From Candidatus Sumerlaeaceae bacterium (GTDB lineage: Bacteria > Sumerlaeota > Sumerlaeia > Sumerlaeales > Sumerlaeaceae), in assembly GCA_049968255.1 (NCBI GenBank), contig JBMFRB010000006.1, forward strand, positions 1,034-65,033: DNA of 64,000 bases, written 5' to 3'. The translations under genes and the position numbers were made by a program. Numbering within the stretch: position 1 is the first letter of the stretch; every line of letters starts with the position of its first letter. Below, in pieces: positions 28,734 to 39,443 of this stretch. The notes beneath the pieces are model-generated. The model did no database searches. It was not told the DNA's origin and saw only the letters and a program-made list of their open reading frames with translations.

Positions 28734-29486
28734 TCAAGGATGTGTTGGTGTTGGTTTGCTCAAGCTGCTCACGGCACGCACAACACCGTAAACCGGCAAG
28801 CTTTGCAGCCAGGCGGGGAAATTGTCGTGAGGCGTGACGGTTGCAGGTTCGAGATCCACAAGGTAATTCGTGCGGCCAAACAATGTGTTTTTCACAGCTT
28901 CGCTAAGAGCCTGGCTTGTGGCAACATCGCGCTGAGCGGTTGAGAAGATCACAACCGTTGGGGCGATGCCCAAACGTGCCAGGGCACTCATCGTGGCCGA
29001 AAATTGATAGGTCCAAAAACCGACATATTGCCATGGCTGGGCAAGCTGATAAAATTGCCGCAGAAAGGCTTCGCGTTGGAGCCCCGCGGCAAAGTCTGTG
29101 AGGTAGGGATGGAGAACGATCGCTCCGTGAAAATCGCGGAGCAACGCAAGGTCGAAGCGAAGAAGCACCTCGGCGACCAACCAGAAGTCTGTGGTTGCGG
29201 CCTTCAGTGGCTGACGGAGAACGCTCAAGCCGGCGCGCATCGCGGCGTGCCAGATCCGCTTCAAACCGCCAGCCTTGGCGATGAGCTGACGTCCTTGCCC
29301 AACACTCAGCAGTCGCGCATACTCGAGAAAATCTGGCACCACCGCTATCATCTCACGATCCCTTATGCAGCGACCAAAAGCTGACATTTGACTGGCCGCG
29401 ACGACAAGTCCCTCGCGGTGTGTGAGCAATGGCTGCTCGAGTGTGGTGGCGTCGAGAGCGCGAACATCCCAGAATGTGGCAATCAT
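28734..29486 (-). CDS. Hypothetical protein (about 250 aa), translationally coupled to the oxidoreductase fusion
   Basis: ATG 29486 overlaps the upstream TGA (ATGA); globular composition; VVPDFLEYAR, LRFDL, LHPYLTDFA, VGFWTY segments. Track start 29657 lies inside the upstream gene. Confidence 0.7.
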   Translation of the reverse strand: MIATFWDVRALDATTLEQPLLTHREGLVVAASQMSAFGRCIRDREMIAVVPDFLEYARLLSVGQGRQLIAKAGGLKRIWHAAMRAGLSVLRQPLKAATTDFWLVAEVLLRFDLALLRDFHGAIVLHPYLTDFAAGLQREAFLRQFYQLAQPWQYVGFWTYQFSATMSALARLGIAPTVVIFSTAQRDVATSQALSEAVKNTLFGRTNYLVDLEPATVTPHDNFPAWLQSLPVYGVVRAVSSLSKPTPTHP

Positions 29487-31528
29487 CGCAGCACCTCGAT
29501 GAGGCGGTCGAGCTCGTGCGCATAAGGGTTCGTGGAAAGCGTGGAGATAAGTCTTGGGGCTTTGTCCGCATGCGGCGCGGGTGGAAACTGCCGGTAAATT
29601 TCGTGGATGATGCGCTCGAGGCGGAGAGCTTCGGTGATTCCAACCGGCCGCTCGCAAAGAGACGGTGCTGGCTTAGCCGCCTCTGCGCCATTGCGCTGAG
29701 CCAGCTGTATGGCTTCCAAAAAATTTTGGTGCTCGCACGCAAAAGCGGCTCCCGTGTAATCGGGAGCAGGGTTGAACCCCACATCACAATCTTGCTGCGT
29801 GAGAACCGTGCTCGTGCCATTGCCAGCTCGGAGCTCGGCGCCCGTGTTCGTCAGGGTTATCGTTCCGCTCTCGCCTTCCACGACAAGGCGCATTTGTGGC
29901 CTTGCATACCCCGGCACGGACCACGATGAAACGACGCGTGCTGGAACATCACCGAAAAGAAAACGCAAGTCCGCCGCATCTTCTACTTCGCGTGAATGAA
30001 TGCACCAGAGAGAGGCCTCTACGTCGGATGGTACGCCGAACAGGCGACAGAGAATGGAAAGGAGGTGGCAGCCAAAATTCGTGAGCACGCCACCACCTGC
30101 CAGAGACTTGCGCATTTCCCAGCGCACGGGTTTCGGGGCCATGATATGAGCCTGGAGCGAAGTGGCCCATACTGCCTGAACTCGGCCGATACGCCCATCG
30201 CAAAGCCATGAGCGCGCAAATTCTACTTGGGGAAACTGTGCTGCCATGTAACCGACGTGAATGACCTTATCATGGAACTTTTCGCGCAGTGCTTCGTATT
30301 CGCCGCACTGCTCTGGCATGGTGGTGAGCGGTTTTTCGATGAGAATGTGGAGACCGGCTTCAAGGCATGCTTGGGCCAGGGTTAGGTGCGTGAATGCGGG
30401 CGTAGCGATGATAGCAGCATGAGGATGCGCCTTATCGATAGCCGTGTTGAGATCGCTAAAAATGGGAGCGCGGAAACCCATTTGCTTGTAGAGTCGCAAC
30501 GCTTTGGGATTTTTGTCCACAATGCCAGCCAGGGAAAAGCCAGGCCGTTGGGTGAGATCGAGGGCGTGCACGATTCCAATTTTCCCTGCTCCCACAAGCA
30601 GCACACGAATGGGCTCGATGACAAGAGCTGTGTCGGACACGTGTGCGACGGCTTGTTGCATCGCCTCGCGGAAAGGTCTGAGCGAGAGGCGAAGGCGTTC
30701 GAGCGACGTGGCGGTCTCCATATAGCGGACGGTTTTCATGCCCTCGATATTGTCCTTCGAGATAGGAAGAGGAAGACGGAGCCTTTCGCTTGCGCGAACA
30801 AGTAGTTCAAGCGGCGCAAGAGGGAGGGAGACCGATGGCTTGGGCTTGCCAAAGCGGGCGCGTGCTATTTCGTCCAGGAATTGAGCCAAAGTCATCGACT
30901 CAGATTCGCCGAGATTGAACTCAAACGATTCGCCAGCGGGCAGAGTGAGACATTTTTCGAGGCCGAGACAGAGATCTTCCACATCGATGGGTTGGACCAA
31001 AGCCTTTCCGGCACCCAGGAGGGGAAGAATGGGCAAGCGCTCGACCGTGCGCCGCATCCTTGCAAAGAGTCCCTCGTCGCCCGGACCGAAGACGAGTCCA
31101 GGACGGACAATGACGTAGGGGATGCCACTGGAACGCAGAAATTCTTCGCCCATTCGTTTGGTTCGGCCGTAGGTCGAGACCGCATGTTCGTGGGCCGACT
31201 GGGTAGAGACATAAATGAGGCGTTGGAAGTTCGGTAGCGAGGCGGCACGGCTGGCCAGGACGCGAAGAGTTTCGACATTGATCGCGATCGATTCGTCCCA
31301 GCCTTGTCCTGTGGTAGTGCCGGCGCAGTGTACGATGACCTCGACACCAGCGAAGGCAGCCGGTGGAATCCCGTAGGGCAATTGCGCATAATGAATTTCA
31401 CCTTTTGGATAGCGGAGGGGGCCAAGGCGCGAGCGAATAAGTGCCACAACATCGTGGCCAGAGTCGGTAAACCGCCGACATAGTCGCGAGCCGATAAAGC
31501 CAGATGCTCCTGTGATGAGAACTCTCAT
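29483..31528 (-). CDS. Fusion of an NAD-dependent epimerase/dehydratase (SDR) and a Gfo/Idh/MocA oxidoreductase
   Basis: N-terminal VLITGASGFIG and YGRTK (YxxxK); C-terminal VLLVGAGKIG and HILIEKPL. ATGA overlap with the esterase stop. Confidence 0.88.
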   Translation of the reverse strand: MRVLITGASGFIGSRLCRRFTDSGHDVVALIRSRLGPLRYPKGEIHYAQLPYGIPPAAFAGVEVIVHCAGTTTGQGWDESIAINVETLRVLASRAASLPNFQRLIYVSTQSAHEHAVSTYGRTKRMGEEFLRSSGIPYVIVRPGLVFGPGDEGLFARMRRTVERLPILPLLGAGKALVQPIDVEDLCLGLEKCLTLPAGESFEFNLGESESMTLAQFLDEIARARFGKPKPSVSLPLAPLELLVRASERLRLPLPISKDNIEGMKTVRYMETATSLERLRLSLRPFREAMQQAVAHVSDTALVIEPIRVLLVGAGKIGIVHALDLTQRPGFSLAGIVDKNPKALRLYKQMGFRAPIFSDLNTAIDKAHPHAAIIATPAFTHLTLAQACLEAGLHILIEKPLTTMPEQCGEYEALREKFHDKVIHVGYMAAQFPQVEFARSWLCDGRIGRVQAVWATSLQAHIMAPKPVRWEMRKSLAGGGVLTNFGCHLLSILCRLFGVPSDVEASLWCIHSREVEDAADLRFLFGDVPARVVSSWSVPGYARPQMRLVVEGESGTITLTNTGAELRAGNGTSTVLTQQDCDVGFNPAPDYTGAAFACEHQNFLEAIQLAQRNGAEAAKPAPSLCERPVGITEALRLERIIHEIYRQFPPAPHADKAPRLISTLSTNPYAHELDRLIEVLR

Positions 31529-32820
31529 GGGATTCTCAGCCAACGCTTATACCAAGCCTGGTTCCAGCTGCGCATGGGCGGTGGCACGGCGTGGCCACAC
31601 TCGGGCAAAACATTGTACTCGCGTGGGACTCCCGGCGCGAGTTGGTTGTAGATAATAATCCCCGAAACGTAATTACACACTGGATCCACACCGCCCATAT
31701 TGATTTGTACCGGACAGCGAATGAGCGTGGCCATGTTGGCGCCATCCGTGTAGGCAAGCGACGCTTTGATGAGCGAGGCAGAAGTGGGATGATCTTCAAG
31801 AATTTGGGCATATTGCGTCTGATGGCCGCTGAGGGCGAGGAGCATCGCATCCCCATACGCACTGAAAGCAGTCACATTGGACGCGACACAAGCGATCCGT
31901 GGTTCAAGAGCTGCGAGTGCCAAGGCAAAAAGGCCGCCTTGGCTTCCACCCTCGGATGCGACGCGCTTGGGGTCGACTTCGGCGCGGGTGAATAGAAATT
32001 GAGCTGCGCGTAGGCAGTCCAAGAAGGCGAACCGGTAGTAGAAATTCTCCGGATCATCGATGTTCCAGAGAAGATGTTCCACGGGCGCTTGCCAATACTC
32101 GCGTGAAGGGCCATGGTTTCGCGGGTTCACGCTAAGGGTAATCACACCACTTGATGTTCGATCAATTGGTGGCTCCTCCGCACCATAGCCAGGCATAATG
32201 ACGACCGCGGGATACGTTTTGCGTACACGCCCTTGAGCGTCAAAAGCATCACGGGGCACATAGTACCAGCAGACGATTCTTGTGTTGCCGATGGTGGGAA
32301 GGGTGACTTTGTGAAGGAGGCCGGTCGATGTGTCTTTGTCGGGGACGCGTTCCACAATGGGATCGAGTGGGACTTTCGCGAGATCGGCTTTAGCTTGGGT
32401 CCAATAGGTTTCAAAATCCGGTGGCGGCGGAAACGTCTTCTTCCCACGGTAGGCAATAAGGCGTTTGCCCTTCGGCATGGCGAGAGTTCTCCAAAGAAAG
32501 GCTGATCGTTGGTCACACGTCGACGTGGTCAATGCAAACTCGACCACTTGCGGTGTGTGGACCACTGGCGCTTCCAGACGAACAGAGGCTTGGGGCTGGA
32601 TCAGCTTTTCCACTAGCAAGGTGCTTGTGGTCTCCGTGATGGCATAAATCCGTAGGCAAAGAGGTTCCGACGTGTTTGTTCCGGCTTTGGCGACAACAGC
32701 AGGGCGCCCATGCTTGACAGCAGGGTCCACCTCGAATTTCCATGCGGCAGCCGCAAATGAGGCAAACATGAGCAATCCCCCGACGAGAACCTGGTTCAAC
32801 ACTGTGGCGGTCCTTATCAT
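31525..32820 (-). CDS. Secreted acetylxylan esterase / cephalosporin-C deacetylase (CE7-like)
   Basis: Signal-like VLVGGLLMFASFAAAA, MPGYG, GGSQGG nucleophile elbow, D in GVDPVC, H in CGHA. Start ATG 32820 (track 33024 overlaps fabF). Confidence 0.85.
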   Translation of the reverse strand: MIRTATVLNQVLVGGLLMFASFAAAAWKFEVDPAVKHGRPAVVAKAGTNTSEPLCLRIYAITETTSTLLVEKLIQPQASVRLEAPVVHTPQVVEFALTTSTCDQRSAFLWRTLAMPKGKRLIAYRGKKTFPPPPDFETYWTQAKADLAKVPLDPIVERVPDKDTSTGLLHKVTLPTIGNTRIVCWYYVPRDAFDAQGRVRKTYPAVVIMPGYGAEEPPIDRTSSGVITLSVNPRNHGPSREYWQAPVEHLLWNIDDPENFYYRFAFLDCLRAAQFLFTRAEVDPKRVASEGGSQGGLFALALAALEPRIACVASNVTAFSAYGDAMLLALSGHQTQYAQILEDHPTSASLIKASLAYTDGANMATLIRCPVQINMGGVDPVCNYVSGIIIYNQLAPGVPREYNVLPECGHAVPPPMRSWNQAWYKRWLRIP

Positions 32821-32938
32821 TTTGCGAGCAGCGATTTCGGTCCGTGACGCAAGCATTTTGACGCAGGCAAGGCAATACAAAAAGGACTCCGGACGGAGGT
32901 AACCGTAAGGAGTCCCTGAATGGTCTGCAAATCGAAGC

Positions 32939-34177
32939 TTATTCGAATTTTTTGAAACAGACTGTAGCGTTGTGTCCGCCAAAGCCGAGGGAATTTTTGA
33001 GAGCGTAGACAATTTCCATTTCACGAGCTTTGTGGGGAGTGTAATCGAGGTCGCACTCCGGATCGGGATTATCTAAATTGATGGTGGGAGGCACCTTGTT
33101 TTCCTGGATGGCCTTGATAGTCGCGATAGCCTCAGCGGCTCCGGCGGCTCCGATGAGATGCCCGATCATCGATTTGTTGGCAGTGATTGCGATCTTGTAG
33201 GCATGCTCACCGAAAACGGTTTTGATCGCCTGCGTCTCCAGCTTGTCGTTGAGAGGAGTGCTGGTGCCGTGTGCGTTGATATGCTGGACGTCGGTGGGCG
33301 CAATGCCCGCCGTTTCGAGTGCCATCTTCATTGCACGGGCGCCGCCCTCGCCCTCGGGCGCCGGTGCCGTCATGTGGTAGGCGTCGTCTGTCAGTCCATA
33401 TCCCACAATTTCGGCATAGATTTTTGCGCCACGGGCAAGAGCGTGTTCCAGCTCTTCAAGCACGATAATGCCAGCACCCTCGCCCATAACGAAGCCGTCA
33501 CGTTTCGCATCGAACGGTCTGCTTGCTGCCTGAGGATTGTCGTTTTGTTGACTGAGCGCCCCCATGTTGGCAAAGCCAGCGATAGAGAGCGGCGAGATTG
33601 TGGACTCTGTGCCTCCGGTGATGATTGCCGTCGCGTCGCCGCGTTGGATGGTACGGAAGGCTTCGCCGATAGCATGAGTTGCCGAAGCGCATGCCGTGAC
33701 GATCGTCGTATTCGGTCCCTTCGCTCCGAGGTAAATCGAGATGAGCCCGCTCGACATGTTGGGAATCATCTTCGGGATGAGAAACGGGCTCACACGCGAC
33801 GGGCCGCGGCTCATGAGGATGGCATGCTGTTCTTCAATAGTCATCACGCCACCCATTCCGCAGCCAATAATCACGCCGACATCGAGCGGTGAGACCTTTT
33901 CCCAATTCAGGCCACTGTCTTGAAAAGCCTGACGTGCAGCCACTACGGCGAACCGACAGAAGTCGTCGATCTTTTTGATTTCTTTTTTCTCAAAGTGATC
34001 CTCGGCGTTGAAGTTTTTCACTTCTGCGGCAATTTTGACCGAATGGTTGGTGGTGTCGAACTTTGTGATATAACCGATGCCGCTTTTTCCGGCGAGCAAG
34101 TTGCTCCAAAATTCTTCAACGCTGTTGCCGATCGGGGTCACTGCCCCAAGTCCCGTCACTACGACCCGCTTTTTCAT
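32939..34177 (-). CDS. fabF: 3-oxoacyl-ACP synthase II
   Basis: [55 protein letters not shown]. Confidence 0.97.
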   Translation of the reverse strand: MKKRVVVTGLGAVTPIGNSVEEFWSNLLAGKSGIGYITKFDTTNHSVKIAAEVKNFNAEDHFEKKEIKKIDDFCRFAVVAARQAFQDSGLNWEKVSPLDVGVIIGCGMGGVMTIEEQHAILMSRGPSRVSPFLIPKMIPNMSSGLISIYLGAKGPNTTIVTACASATHAIGEAFRTIQRGDATAIITGGTESTISPLSIAGFANMGALSQQNDNPQAASRPFDAKRDGFVMGEGAGIIVLEELEHALARGAKIYAEIVGYGLTDDAYHMTAPAPEGEGGARAMKMALETAGIAPTDVQHINAHGTSTPLNDKLETQAIKTVFGEHAYKIAITANKSMIGHLIGAAGAAEAIATIKAIQENKVPPTINLDNPDPECDLDYTPHKAREMEIVYALKNSLGFGGHNATVCFKKFE

Positions 34178-34300
34178 GGTGCAATGGTCCTTCCTGAAAA
34201 AATGCGGCGCTGGACTATGCGATCGCCCAACGCCGGCGTTTTCATTTCGGAGTTTGCAGAGTTGAAAGGGCGCAGAGGCACGCCTCAAGAAGGCGCGTTG

Positions 34301-34543
34301 CTACGCACCGACCTTATTCTTGATATAGTCAATAGCCTGACCAACAGTGGTGATTTTCTCAGCGTCTTCGTCAGGGATCTGGATGCCAAACTCTTCTTCG
34401 AGCGCCATCACGAGCTCAACGACATCCAGCGAATCGGCACCGAGATCATCGCGGAATGAGGACTCCGGCTTGACCTGGTCAACATTCTTGCCAAGGGCCT
34501 GCGCTACGATTTCACACACCTTCTGTTCGACGTTTTGCGACAT
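34301..34543 (-). CDS. acpP: Acyl carrier protein
   Basis: [20 protein letters not shown]; RBS GGAGGA before ATG 34543. Confidence 0.97.
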   Translation of the reverse strand: MSQNVEQKVCEIVAQALGKNVDQVKPESSFRDDLGADSLDVVELVMALEEEFGIQIPDEDAEKITTVGQAIDYIKNKVGA

Positions 34544-34763
34544 TGCTTCCTCCAGCAAATGTTTTCCATCTCATACACGCTGTTGCCCGTATCAATAACG
34601 GACGCACCGGCATACAAGTGAAAGCGCTTTTTATTGCCTTCGAGGCGTTCCGGTCTTTAGGAGCACTTTGCGGTTGCACAACCAACGGATGGCCAGCTAG
34701 CCAGTCAACAAGAAATCGCACCCTTCTATGCTTAGATAGAGGCTTTTTTCGGGAGCGACAGCT

Positions 34764-35072
34764 ATGTATACGTGGCTTATGCCCTGGCTTTACGTTGGCA
34801 TGGTTGCAGTTCTTTATTTCGTTGTGGGGAAGAATCGCGAGCAGACGCGTGTGTGGATAAGGACTAGAACAAACACGTGGCTGGCCGTTGCCTTGATACT
34901 TGTCCTCCTGGGTGTCGCCGGAGTAATTTTCTGGCGTGCTCGATGGTTCCACCTCCTCTCGTGGGCAATCTGGGTTGGCGTGCTTGCATGGACCGTACAC
35001 GGGGCTTTTTCTGCAGAGCCGGGCAAGGCAAGTAGGGACTTTCCCCCAGACGAGGACGGCCTAAGATCATAG
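34764..35072 (+). CDS. Hypothetical small membrane protein (about 3 TM, Trp-rich)
   Basis: Three hydrophobic segments in 102 aa; the only ORF filling this gap. Confidence 0.55.
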   Translation: MYTWLMPWLYVGMVAVLYFVVGKNREQTRVWIRTRTNTWLAVALILVLLGVAGVIFWRARWFHLLSWAIWVGVLAWTVHGAFSAEPGKASRDFPPDEDGLRS

Positions 35073-35177
35073 CACAAACCTGACGGGCAATTTCGGCTTT
35101 CGTCACGAAGTGCCCATGAGTTTCAGGCGTTGGCATTTCGACGAGCGGTCCACGGGCGCAGAGGGTAGGGCAATGAA

Positions 35178-36053
35178 TCACAGCCGGCCTCGGAAGAATG
35201 GTAATGGATCAATCGGGGTCCCGTTGCGACGCACTTCAAAATGCAGATGGGGTCCCGTCGAGGCGCCAGTGGAACCAACCTGAGCGATGTAGTCGCCACG
35301 CCGGACGTTATCGCCGACGTCGACCAGCAATTTTGAGCAATGGCCGTAAACAGTGACATAGCCGTTATGATGATCGATCATCACGCAATAGCCATAGCCA
35401 CCCAACCAACCACTGTGGATGACGGTGCCGCTGTCCGCTGCGAAGATTTTGGTTCCGGTCCAAGAGGCAAGGTCGACGCCGGTGTGCATGCGGATTCCAC
35501 CGCGGATAGGATGGCGACGGTATCCAAAGGGGCTACTGACGCGTTTGAAATTAGCGACAGGAAATGCGAAGCGGCCGCCAAGCTCCGTGCGTGAAAACGT
35601 AGAGGGAGCGGCGGGAGGCGTGGCCCAGGCGTCCCATCGTTGCGCGCTCGGCGGTGGGCCATAAAAAGACGGTGTGGTGGAACGCGGACGTCCTTCGATG
35701 TAAATATTGGGGCGGGGCAATGGAGTCCCCGGCAAGGGGATTTCGGGGACACGGAATTCCGGCGGGGTATAAGCGAGGTAGAATTGGCGTCCGTCCTTGT
35801 CGAGAAGGATGCGCATGGGTTCGACAGCGACAATCTGATAGCCGTAGAGGATATCGCCCGGCCGATAGAAGGCTTGACAACGGGCGTTGAGATCTTCAAT
35901 GAGTGCAACAGCGCGATCCTGAAAGCTGGCTGTGCCGATCACGCGCACACGCAGATCGAGGGGCTCGGGCTTTGCGGCGGTGGCCAGAGGCAGCGGAACA
36001 CACAAGTGCAACGCCAGTAGGCCTGCTAGCGCCCTTTTGCCTAACTTATGCAT
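35178..36053 (-). CDS. M23 family metallopeptidase with an N-terminal GspC/PilP-like domain
   Basis: HTGVDLA and STGPHLHFEVR zinc motifs; signal peptide; aa 34-93 resemble the GspC HR/PilP beta-domain. Confidence 0.9.
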   Translation of the reverse strand: MHKLGKRALAGLLALHLCVPLPLATAAKPEPLDLRVRVIGTASFQDRAVALIEDLNARCQAFYRPGDILYGYQIVAVEPMRILLDKDGRQFYLAYTPPEFRVPEIPLPGTPLPRPNIYIEGRPRSTTPSFYGPPPSAQRWDAWATPPAAPSTFSRTELGGRFAFPVANFKRVSSPFGYRRHPIRGGIRMHTGVDLASWTGTKIFAADSGTVIHSGWLGGYGYCVMIDHHNGYVTVYGHCSKLLVDVGDNVRRGDYIAQVGSTGASTGPHLHFEVRRNGTPIDPLPFFRGRL

Positions 36054-36195
36054 CTAGTGGCGATCGCTTCCTCGAAGTGATGGATGGTGTCTGGCCGAGC
36101 CAGCCTCTAAGTGCCCACAGTGTTCATGGATCACACTATCGTCGGCGCAAGAGGCGATAGACGACTCACGCACTCAATAGAAGACAACGCCGGGT

Positions 36196-38823
36196 TCATT
36201 CATCGCCAGGGCGCCAGCCTTCGTCGAGCTTTTGCAGCCATTCGGAACAATCCACAAGAATGTCGCGCGGCTTGGGTCCCACACTCGGCCCGACGATGCC
36301 GAGCTCTTCGAGCTTATCCATAAGGCGCCCTGCCCGTGCGAATCCGACACGCAGCTTGCGCTGGAGGAGACTCGTACTGGCCAAGCGGTGAGTGAGTACC
36401 ACCCGAATGGCCTGAACGATGAGCTCTTCGTCGATGGGATCGGTGTCATCGGGCAGTGAGCGTGTGTCAAGACGACGCGAGATGGCCCCCGACGCAAGGG
36501 AGGTGGGTTTTGATGCGGCCAGCACTTGCTCAGAGCTTTCTTCCTCACGCCAATCGTCGTCGGAGGAGTCGGTCTCTTCTTCCTCGATGAACGTTGTCTT
36601 CCAATATTGGGGCTCTTGCTGCTCACGCAGGTAATTTGTGAGACTTTCGACTTCTGCATCGCTTGCGTAGCATCCCTGGAGGCGAATGGGTTTTTGTCCG
36701 CCGCCAGGGGCGAAAAGCATATCTCCGCGCCCAAGAAGGTTTTCAGCGCCGTTGGCATCGAGAATGGTGCGGGAGTCGACTTTTTGTGCGACTTTGAAAG
36801 CAATGCGGCAGGGAAAATTGGCTTTGATAATACCCGTGATAACGTTGACGGAGGGGCGTTGTGTGGCTACGACGAGGTGCATTCCAACGCCCCGCGATTT
36901 TTGCGCCAAAAGAACGATTGGATCCTCGATTTCATTGCGTGCTGTCAGAATGAGATCAGCCAGTTCGTCAATGACGATAACGATGTAAGGCATGAAGTCG
37001 AGGTTCTGACCTGCTGCAGAAGAAGTGTGGGCACTGGAGCGCACAAAAGAGTTGTAGGCGGCAATATTGCGCACGCGGAGCGCGGCTAGTTTTTCGTAGC
37101 GCGACTCCATTTCATAGACCGCCCACTTCAGGGCTGCGGCTGCGCCTTTTGCGTCGCACACGACGGGCGCCAGGAGGTGCGGAATGTCATGGTACATGTT
37201 GAGCTCGACGCGCTTAGGATCAATCATGATGAATTTTACTTCGTCGGGCGGCATGCGGAAAAGGATCGAGCAGATGAGCGAGTTCAAACAGACGGACTTG
37301 CCCGATCCGGTAGCACCTGCGATAAGTAGGTGCGGCATGGAGGCCAGATCGCCGATGTAAGGTTCGCCGGTGGTCGTGACGCCGAGGGCGAGCGCTAACG
37401 GCGATTCGTGTTCGCGGAATTGACGGCTCTCGATAACCTCGCGCAAGCGCACCAGGCGCCGATGTTTATTGGGAATCTCGAAGCCGACCGTGTCTCGGCC
37501 CGGTATGGGGGCGATAATGCGGAGACTTTCGACTTTCATTGCGCGGGCGATATCGGCTTCGAGCGAAGTGATCCTCGATATTTTTACGCCTGGGGCGGGC
37601 TTGACCTCGATCCGGACAATAGTGGGGCCACACTCGATGCGGGCCACGCTCACCTCGATTCCAAAGTTTGCAAGCGCCTGGACAAGTACTTCAGAGAGTT
37701 CGGTAACTTCGTGCTCATTGACGACGTCGCCGGAGCGCTGCGGTGCCTGAAAAATGCTAAGTGGCGGCGGTTCATAAACTTTTGGCGTCAAAGGCAGTTG
37801 CGCGGCGGGGTGTTTCGCAAAAACCGCGCTGAGCAAATCTTCGTTCTCGGCTGCTTCAGCGACTAAAGGCTCCAGGCGAACTTCACTGGCAGGGACGGGG
37901 ACAGTGCGAGCTGGTTCTTCCTTCTCTACGGACGGCGCTGAGGCTAAGGGGTCTGCCTTTGCAACTGGTTCTGTTTCAGTGAGCACGCCCGACGATGAGG
38001 GCTGTTCGCCCGGTCCATCGGTCCAAGCTGATCCTCCCCCACGACGCCACACACGAGCAAGGCGTGTGAGCATCGACTCGCGCGTCGCATCGGATTCCTC
38101 CACCCTATCGAGAGACTCCTCCTCCTCGGCTTCGAGAACAGGCGTCTTCGTCTGTGCGGCCTCTTTCCGTGGAGCAATGTCTTGGCTGGAGGCGGCTGCA
38201 ACTGGAGGGTCACTCTCGATATCAGCTTCGTCGTCTGCGCCATCGGAGCGATGCATGAGGGACAACCGCGAGAGAAGGCCGTCGGCAAGAACACGCGCAA
38301 CTTGACGTGTGTGGATGTTCGCCGCCACAATGAGGCTGACTGCTAAGAGGGTCGAGAAGATGAGATAGCAGCCGCCCACACCTAGGAGATTTCGCAAATC
38401 GAGGCATTCACGATGGACAAGGAAATTGCCCAGGGCCCCGGCGACGCGGAATCCCTCCTGCTTGGTGAAATCCACATCTGCGTACGGAATAGCCAAGAGC
38501 GCACAAAGAAAGACGATGGCAAAGAATCCGCCAGCCACACGAGCTGGAACGTGGTGCCACCTGCGGCGGCGCCAAAATGAAATGCCCCACAGAAGCGTGA
38601 GCAGCACCGGCACATACGCGACATATTTGCCAAAAATGAAGCTGAGTAAGTCGTAAACTTTCTCGCCGAGCGCTCCCATGAGATTGCCCGTAGCCGAGTG
38701 GGTGGCAAGGGAAAGAAGAAGAAAAATCCCAAAAAGGATGATGATGATGGCTAACACGTCATCAATGACTTCGGGTCGGAGACCGAGGACGTTATTCTCG
38801 CGTCGCGTATCGGCGCTGTTCAT
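36196..38823 (-). CDS. ftsK: DNA translocase FtsK/SpoIIIE
   Basis: N-terminal TMs, acidic linker, HLLIAGATGSGKS, IDELADL, ATQRPSV, GAENLLGRGDML, winged-helix gamma domain (SLLQRKLRVGFARAGRLMD). Confidence 0.97.
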   Translation of the reverse strand: MNSADTRRENNVLGLRPEVIDDVLAIIIILFGIFLLLSLATHSATGNLMGALGEKVYDLLSFIFGKYVAYVPVLLTLLWGISFWRRRRWHHVPARVAGGFFAIVFLCALLAIPYADVDFTKQEGFRVAGALGNFLVHRECLDLRNLLGVGGCYLIFSTLLAVSLIVAANIHTRQVARVLADGLLSRLSLMHRSDGADDEADIESDPPVAAASSQDIAPRKEAAQTKTPVLEAEEEESLDRVEESDATRESMLTRLARVWRRGGGSAWTDGPGEQPSSSGVLTETEPVAKADPLASAPSVEKEEPARTVPVPASEVRLEPLVAEAAENEDLLSAVFAKHPAAQLPLTPKVYEPPPLSIFQAPQRSGDVVNEHEVTELSEVLVQALANFGIEVSVARIECGPTIVRIEVKPAPGVKISRITSLEADIARAMKVESLRIIAPIPGRDTVGFEIPNKHRRLVRLREVIESRQFREHESPLALALGVTTTGEPYIGDLASMPHLLIAGATGSGKSVCLNSLICSILFRMPPDEVKFIMIDPKRVELNMYHDIPHLLAPVVCDAKGAAAALKWAVYEMESRYEKLAALRVRNIAAYNSFVRSSAHTSSAAGQNLDFMPYIVIVIDELADLILTARNEIEDPIVLLAQKSRGVGMHLVVATQRPSVNVITGIIKANFPCRIAFKVAQKVDSRTILDANGAENLLGRGDMLFAPGGGQKPIRLQGCYASDAEVESLTNYLREQQEPQYWKTTFIEEEETDSSDDDWREEESSEQVLAASKPTSLASGAISRRLDTRSLPDDTDPIDEELIVQAIRVVLTHRLASTSLLQRKLRVGFARAGRLMDKLEELGIVGPSVGPKPRDILVDCSEWLQKLDEGWRPGDE

Positions 38824-38978
38824 TTGTCGAACCCTCCACTAGTCACGTTGAGCAGCCACCGCCAAGCAGCTACTCGTCCACAGGAGCCGCTCCCACGCAC
38901 TCTTTGCGCAGAAATCGGGTTCTGAGCTCATTTTGATGCTCCGCCGCCTGACGCGACGTCAACGAGAAAGCGCCTCGA

Positions 38979-39443
38979 TCACTGTTGAGGCTCAGCTTGG
39001 GAGGACTGTTCCACCTGCGATTGTTGATTCGCGCTCGCGGTCGGCTCGTCGTGCGTAACGATCTGTTCGGTCGCCGAGCTTGGAGCTGACAGTGCTCTCA
39101 CGCTATCGATTGCCTCGAGCATGTCCGCCAGAGTGACGGGCTTGCGCAGTATCGCTGCGAAACCAGCTGCGTAAATCTCTTGATCCGTGGCCTCGGTACC
39201 AGTCACGCATATCGCCGGCACGGAAGAGAAGCTACTGTAGGCGCGGAGTCGGCGAATGAATTCGAAGCCATTCATGCCGGGCATATCGAGATCGGCGACG
39301 ATGATTTCTGGGCGCACGTCTTTGAGCCACAGAAGAGCTTCGCGAGCGTCAGTATAGGAAAACACAATGTGATCGAGGGCCTTGAGAAAATTCTCGATGA
39401 CCCGCACCGCATCGGGGTTATCGTCCACGAGCAGAATTCTCAT
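38979..39443 (-). CDS. Single-domain response regulator
   Basis: ILLVDD, ADLDMPGMNG, VTG and KPV receiver motifs, followed by a short disordered tail. Confidence 0.9.
   Translation of the reverse strand: MRILLVDDNPDAVRVIENFLKALDHIVFSYTDAREALLWLKDVRPEIIVADLDMPGMNGFEFIRRLRAYSSFSSVPAICVTGTEATDQEIYAAGFAAILRKPVTLADMLEAIDSVRALSAPSSATEQIVTHDEPTASANQQSQVEQSSQAEPQQ

Noticed and set aside
34178-34303. acpP TAG is in frame with fabF across 41 open codons (TAG-CAA context), suggesting a readthrough ACP-FabF fusion
   Set aside because: An open 41-codon stretch is unremarkable at this GC content; fabF has its own ATG and RBS, and a hairpin (34279-34297) follows acpP as expected for mRNA stabilisation.
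35030-35050. GGGGAAAGTCC on the minus strand resembling RNase P RNA
   Set aside because: No other RNase P conserved regions nearby, and it lies within a plausible membrane-protein CDS.
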